Assembly: GCA_965248755.1 (NCBI GenBank)
Contig: OZ252149.1
Coordinates: 3,488,001 to 3,552,000 of the forward strand
DNA length: 64,000 nucleotides
Reading direction: 5' to 3'
DNA from: Candidatus Latescibacterota bacterium
Lineage (GTDB): Bacteria; Latescibacterota; CBDEFO01
Below the pieces are notes generated by a model. The model saw nothing but the letters and a program-made list of their open reading frames with translations, was not told where the DNA came from and searched no databases. A program made the position numbers and the translations under genes. This document shows, piece by piece, positions 60,524 to 64,000 of the stretch (position 1 is the first letter of the stretch; every line of letters begins with the position of its first letter).

Positions 60524-61083
60524 TTACCTCCCAGCAGTCCCTCTGGGCACGTTGAGGTCTAGACCAAGCTGTTTTGCCACCAAAAGTTGCATGGCCGAAT
60601 TGAAATTTAGAGTGGATTGATCGGTGCCACTAGCACCGCCAGAACCACCCATAACCAGCTGCGGAACCTGACGTTTTGCATAAGCATCAGCCCAAAACTT
60701 CATCACCTTTTCGTAAGTCTCAAGCTTTATCTTTAAGGAGCCGTCTGCCTTCATTATCAGCCTTTTGCGTTCGGCTTCGCCCTGGCCCAGCAGGATTTCG
60801 CGCTGCTTTTGGAGTTCTGCGGCCTGCCGCTGCAGCTTGGCTACCTCAAGCTCCTGTTGGGCTCGCAATTCGGCGACCTCTTTTTCCTGCAGGGCTTCAA
60901 CCACAGCACGAATCTTCTCCTCCTCCTTTTCGTACTGGGCTTTAATGACATTGGCTTTACCTACGGCCTCTTTAGTCAGCTTTTCCTGCTCGGCCTGCTG
61001 CGCTTTGGCCCGAGCAGTAGCCACCGCCATTAATGCTTCCTGTTGAGCAGAAATCTGAGCTGAGACCTTTTTCTCGTACTTAT
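60524..61083 (-). pseudogene. C-terminal fragment of an SPFH/band-7-like coiled-coil protein cut by IS1380
   Basis: Ala/Glu/Lys coiled coil, GQGEAERKRL.MKADG; the frame begins exactly at the IS end. Confidence 0.65.
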
Positions 61084-62709
61084 CCGACATTCCCCATATC
61101 ACATTCATGAGGGATTATATTTCGATACATTCTTGTTTCTGAATTAATATTACCACTTTTACATTTTTCAACAAGTACTTTTTTCAATTAAAATAGTATT
61201 TTCCTCTGAATTATCACTTTCTTTGTGTTTAAATCCTCCAATTAGAGACACCTCTCCATCGACTCACAAAAAAATGTGGCAGTTTAAACAGAATAACATC
61301 GCAATCGTTCAATCCGGGATAATATTTCGGCAAATAACCTCTTGTCTATCCCAACCTCAGCCATTTGAAACGTAATATATCCGCTGTGTCTGACAATCTT
61401 CGCTCCGATTTTGATAAATTTCACGAGGAGGCTGCGTAGTGACCAGTGTTTGATTTTCTTCGGAAGAACAAAACGTCGCAGGAAGTTGCCCAAGTTGTAA
61501 GCCAGAACAAACAGCCAGAGCCTCACCTGATTGGAGACGAAACGCTTGCATGAGAGTCGGGTCCAGTTCAGAGCATACTTGCCCTCCTTAATCCACTGCT
61601 CAGCTCTGCCACGGCCATTGTAGAAGTGTACCACGCCTTCTGGCTTGGCGCTCATGTTGGTCACGATAAATCCCACTCTTGGGAATAACTCCCCTTGGTG
61701 CCATTCAACCTTGGCGACCACTCGCCTCGATTGATCCCAACTGGCCGCTTTATATTGAAATTCATATAACGATACAATCGGTTTCCTCGGCGGTCGTCCA
61801 ACTGGCCGAGTCAGCAGGTATCGTATCTTTTCATAGAGTATCTCATTTGCGGGAAGCCGAATGGCATACAAATAGCCGTTTCCCTCCAGATAATCATAAA
61901 TCTCAGGCTTTGCGAATGCAGCATCGCCTCGAAAGTATTTCCTATTCTTCTTGCTCTCGTATCTCTTGACGATCGGTTCCAGAACTTCCTTCCAACGATC
62001 AGCACTGTGAACATTACCAGAGCGAAGTAGGACTCCTTCACAATCCCCGAACTGATTGAAGCAGAACACTGGATGAAAACAGGTACATCCGAAATGACCG
62101 TTGTAAGCTGATCCTTCCTGCTGGCCATGTACCGGACTCTCCGAACTGTCCATGTCCAGAATGATTCGTTGATGCTGTGTTTTACTCATCGCTTTTTGAA
62201 CCCACTTGCCATTGATATCTGACAAGTTTCTGAGATTGTCATGCTGAGTCAGTATATCAGTTTCAAAACGTCCTATCGTGTTGGAGCTGGCAGCTTGCCT
62301 GCCTTTGTCCTTCTTTCCGGTAATCGCTCGCATGACGGGATCAACGGATAATCGCTCGGCGTCATTTACATCTTCATATCCTGCAAGACGGCTGTATATC
62401 GATTGACGCAGGAGAGTAGATATATCATGTTGGATATTACGGCCTGTGCGTTTATCGGTAAAAACCGCTGATACCGAATCAAATAATCCCAGTGCGTAAT
62501 CAAGGTCACGATACGCAAGAAGTCCACCGTTTGATGTCACCTTTGCACCATGAAATTCAAGCTTTATTCCTCCATCAAAACCTACTTTGATTCTTTCACC
62601 CTCTGGATGATCAATATTTATCCGCCATTTATGAGTCTTATTTATTGTAATATAACATGTTCTGGCGACTTTGACAACCATTTTTCGGGTCTAATATGGC
62701 GAATGGGGG
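61084..62709 (-). mobile_element. IS1380-family insertion sequence
   Basis: Terminal IRs CCGACATTCCCCATAT (61084-99) and the reverse complement CCCCCATTCGCCATAT (62694-709), 13/16 identical; no target duplication. Confidence 0.85.
61284..62681 (-). CDS. IS1380-family DDE transposase (start uncertain)
   Basis: TSNGGLLAYR, AGYEDVND, LDMDSS, RGDAAF, YNGRGRAEQWIKEGK, LAYNL. Confidence 0.93.
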   Translation of the reverse strand: MVVKVARTCYITINKTHKWRINIDHPEGERIKVGFDGGIKLEFHGAKVTSNGGLLAYRDLDYALGLFDSVSAVFTDKRTGRNIQHDISTLLRQSIYSRLAGYEDVNDAERLSVDPVMRAITGKKDKGRQAASSNTIGRFETDILTQHDNLRNLSDINGKWVQKAMSKTQHQRIILDMDSSESPVHGQQEGSAYNGHFGCTCFHPVFCFNQFGDCEGVLLRSGNVHSADRWKEVLEPIVKRYESKKNRKYFRGDAAFAKPEIYDYLEGNGYLYAIRLPANEILYEKIRYLLTRPVGRPPRKPIVSLYEFQYKAASWDQSRRVVAKVEWHQGELFPRVGFIVTNMSAKPEGVVHFYNGRGRAEQWIKEGKYALNWTRLSCKRFVSNQVRLWLFVLAYNLGNFLRRFVLPKKIKHWSLRSLLVKFIKIGAKIVRHSGYITFQMAEVGIDKRLFAEILSRIERLRCYSV

Positions 62710-63144
62710 TACAGATCGATTCGTAAGGAGAATGGCTATCCTGCGGTGCAGACGGACGTCCAGGGACAGTTCCGGTTCGAGTCCGTCAAGCTTGGTGAAT
62801 ATGTCGTGACGGTTGAAGGCGACGGTTACGCCCCAGAGCATCAACATATCAAGTTGGGACCGGAAGCCAAAGCACAGGAGTTCCGCTTGAAGGCAGGTGG
62901 AAAGGTTTCTAACCGGGTTGTGGATAACACAGGTCAGCCGGTTGCTGGCGCATGTGTAGTGCTCAACAGGTGGCACGTCCATACCGACTCCGCTGGTTTC
63001 TTCCACTGGTCGGTGGAAGCCCCGCTGCCAGAGCAGGTGGAGATCAGGGTTGACAAGCGCTACAGCGGCCAATACAAGATACTCGAAGCAACGGTGCCGT
63101 TCTCACAACTGAAGCGCCAGCCAATCATTCTGCGGCCCAGGTAG
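62710..63144 (+). pseudogene. Carboxypeptidase-regulatory-like (Cna-B type) domain fragment, 5'-truncated by the IS
   Basis: TDVQGQFRF..V..GEY.VTV...GYAP; RVVD.TGQPVAGA.V. Confidence 0.65.
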
Positions 63145-63354
63145 GGTCAAAGTATTCGGTAGATACGCAAATGGCTTGCATGTTTGAAGTTGCGACGTAG
63201 CGAAAGGGGTAGGGCTGAAAGTGTAGGGGACGGTCCCCGTTTAGTGTTCATATCAGATTCAGATGGAGAGCATGACCGAGCTGTCGCTAATTATTTCACT
63301 GATAATGTACAGCTCGTTTTCAACGATGGAGATGGAAGATTTGATTACGGGGGT

Positions 63355-63430
63355 TTAACGGGGGTTCAGGGAGAGGCGGCGAAGCGTCTGGACTATCATC
63401 TATTTGACGGGTATGGGAAAATTACAGTAG
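63355..63430 (+). pseudogene. Possible C-terminal remnant of a tyrosine integrase next to the tRNA 3' end
   Basis: GVQGEAAKRLD..LF resembles the helix after the catalytic Tyr; followed by the hairpin CAAGG.G.TACGAC...GTCGTA.C.CCTTG. Confidence 0.35.
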
Positions 63431-63480
63431 AAAAAATGCAAGGAGCTACGACCGAAGTCGTCGTAACCCCTTGTTGTTTA

Positions 63481-63556
63481 TGGTACGCCCACAGGGACTC
63501 GAACCCCGAACCTACTGATTAAGAGTCAGTTGCTCTACCAGTTGAGCTATGGGCGC
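63481..63556 (-). tRNA. tRNA-Lys (anticodon CTT) with encoded CCA
   Basis: GCGCCCATAGCTCAACTGGTAGAGCAACTGACT-CTT-AATCAGTAGGTTCGGGGTTCGAGTCCCTGTGGGCGTACCA. Confidence 0.97.
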
Positions 63557-63684
63557 ATCTGTTCTGACCAGAAAATATAGTCAAACTGTATTCAACAGTC
63601 AAGGAGAAAATTCAGGTCAGCATCTGTGCTTTAGGGACTTGGATAGATAGACTGGAGAGTTTTGTTCCGTTTCGCATCTGCATC

Positions 63685-64000
63685 TGCATACCGCTCCCCT
63701 TGACAGAGCGACAAATATTTCGCAAATTGGGGTTTGAGAAGGGAGGTCAAGGTGTCGAGCCCCGAAGTGAAAGATGGTAAGCGCTGGACGGCGACCCGTA
63801 AGGGAGAGATTGTGTTGGCTCTTTTGAGAGGAGCAGATCTATCTGAGGTGTGTCGTAAGAATGGAATTAGCCAGTCGCAGGCGTATGCTTGGCGTGATAG
63901 TTTCTTAGAAGGGGGCCAGGAGAGTCTGAAGTCTCGGCGTGGTCGCAAGGATCCGAAGGAGCGAGAGGTTAGCCGGTTGGAGCGCAAGGTAGGGCAGTTG
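63685..64000 (+). mobile_element. IS3-family element left end with OrfA (GTG 63752), runs off the window
   Basis: TG start; MSSPEVKDGKRWTATRKGEIVLALLRG..LSEVCRKNGISQSQAYAWRDSFLEGG HTH, then the leucine zipper EVSRLERKVGQL. Confidence 0.85.

Noticed and set aside
63184..63522. CDS 63184..63522 and 63631..63987 (-)
   Set aside because: The first is a chance join of fragments running into the tRNA; the second is antisense to the IS3 OrfA

Overview
Bacterial chromosomal window. The paired secreted FlgD-Ig/'TPNGDG' proteins and the many BNR, PhyH and aldolase genes suggest an uncultured FCB-group heterotroph such as Latescibacterota; this is inference, not a marker-gene result. Two core blocks are present: rng/rne-rplU-rpmA-mdh followed by decayed sdhC/sdhD, and an NrdR-box-controlled nrdR-VOC-repeat ORF-nrdJ operon. 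They sit among strongly remodelled accessory DNA. This DNA holds two integrase-less integron attC sites whose cassettes are interleaved with duplicated shards of the neighbouring Gfo/Idh/MocA gene, and four diverged gene duplications. It also holds a carbohydrate/sialic-acid-type catabolic cluster, many pseudogene fragments, an IS1380 with inverted repeats, IS3-family pieces and tRNA-Lys(CTT) with a probable integrase remnant. The most unusual signals are: (i) a host-gene fragment packaged like an integron cassette at a secondary GTT site; (ii) a family of ~20-bp CCCCGA-N-TCGGGG hairpins that appear as insertions relative to paralogous empty sites, two with ~5-bp target duplications; (iii) a 57-bp tandem-repeat ORF plus a duplicated NrdR tail inside the nrdR-nrdJ operon. 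All calls come from reading the sequence; no database searches were run.
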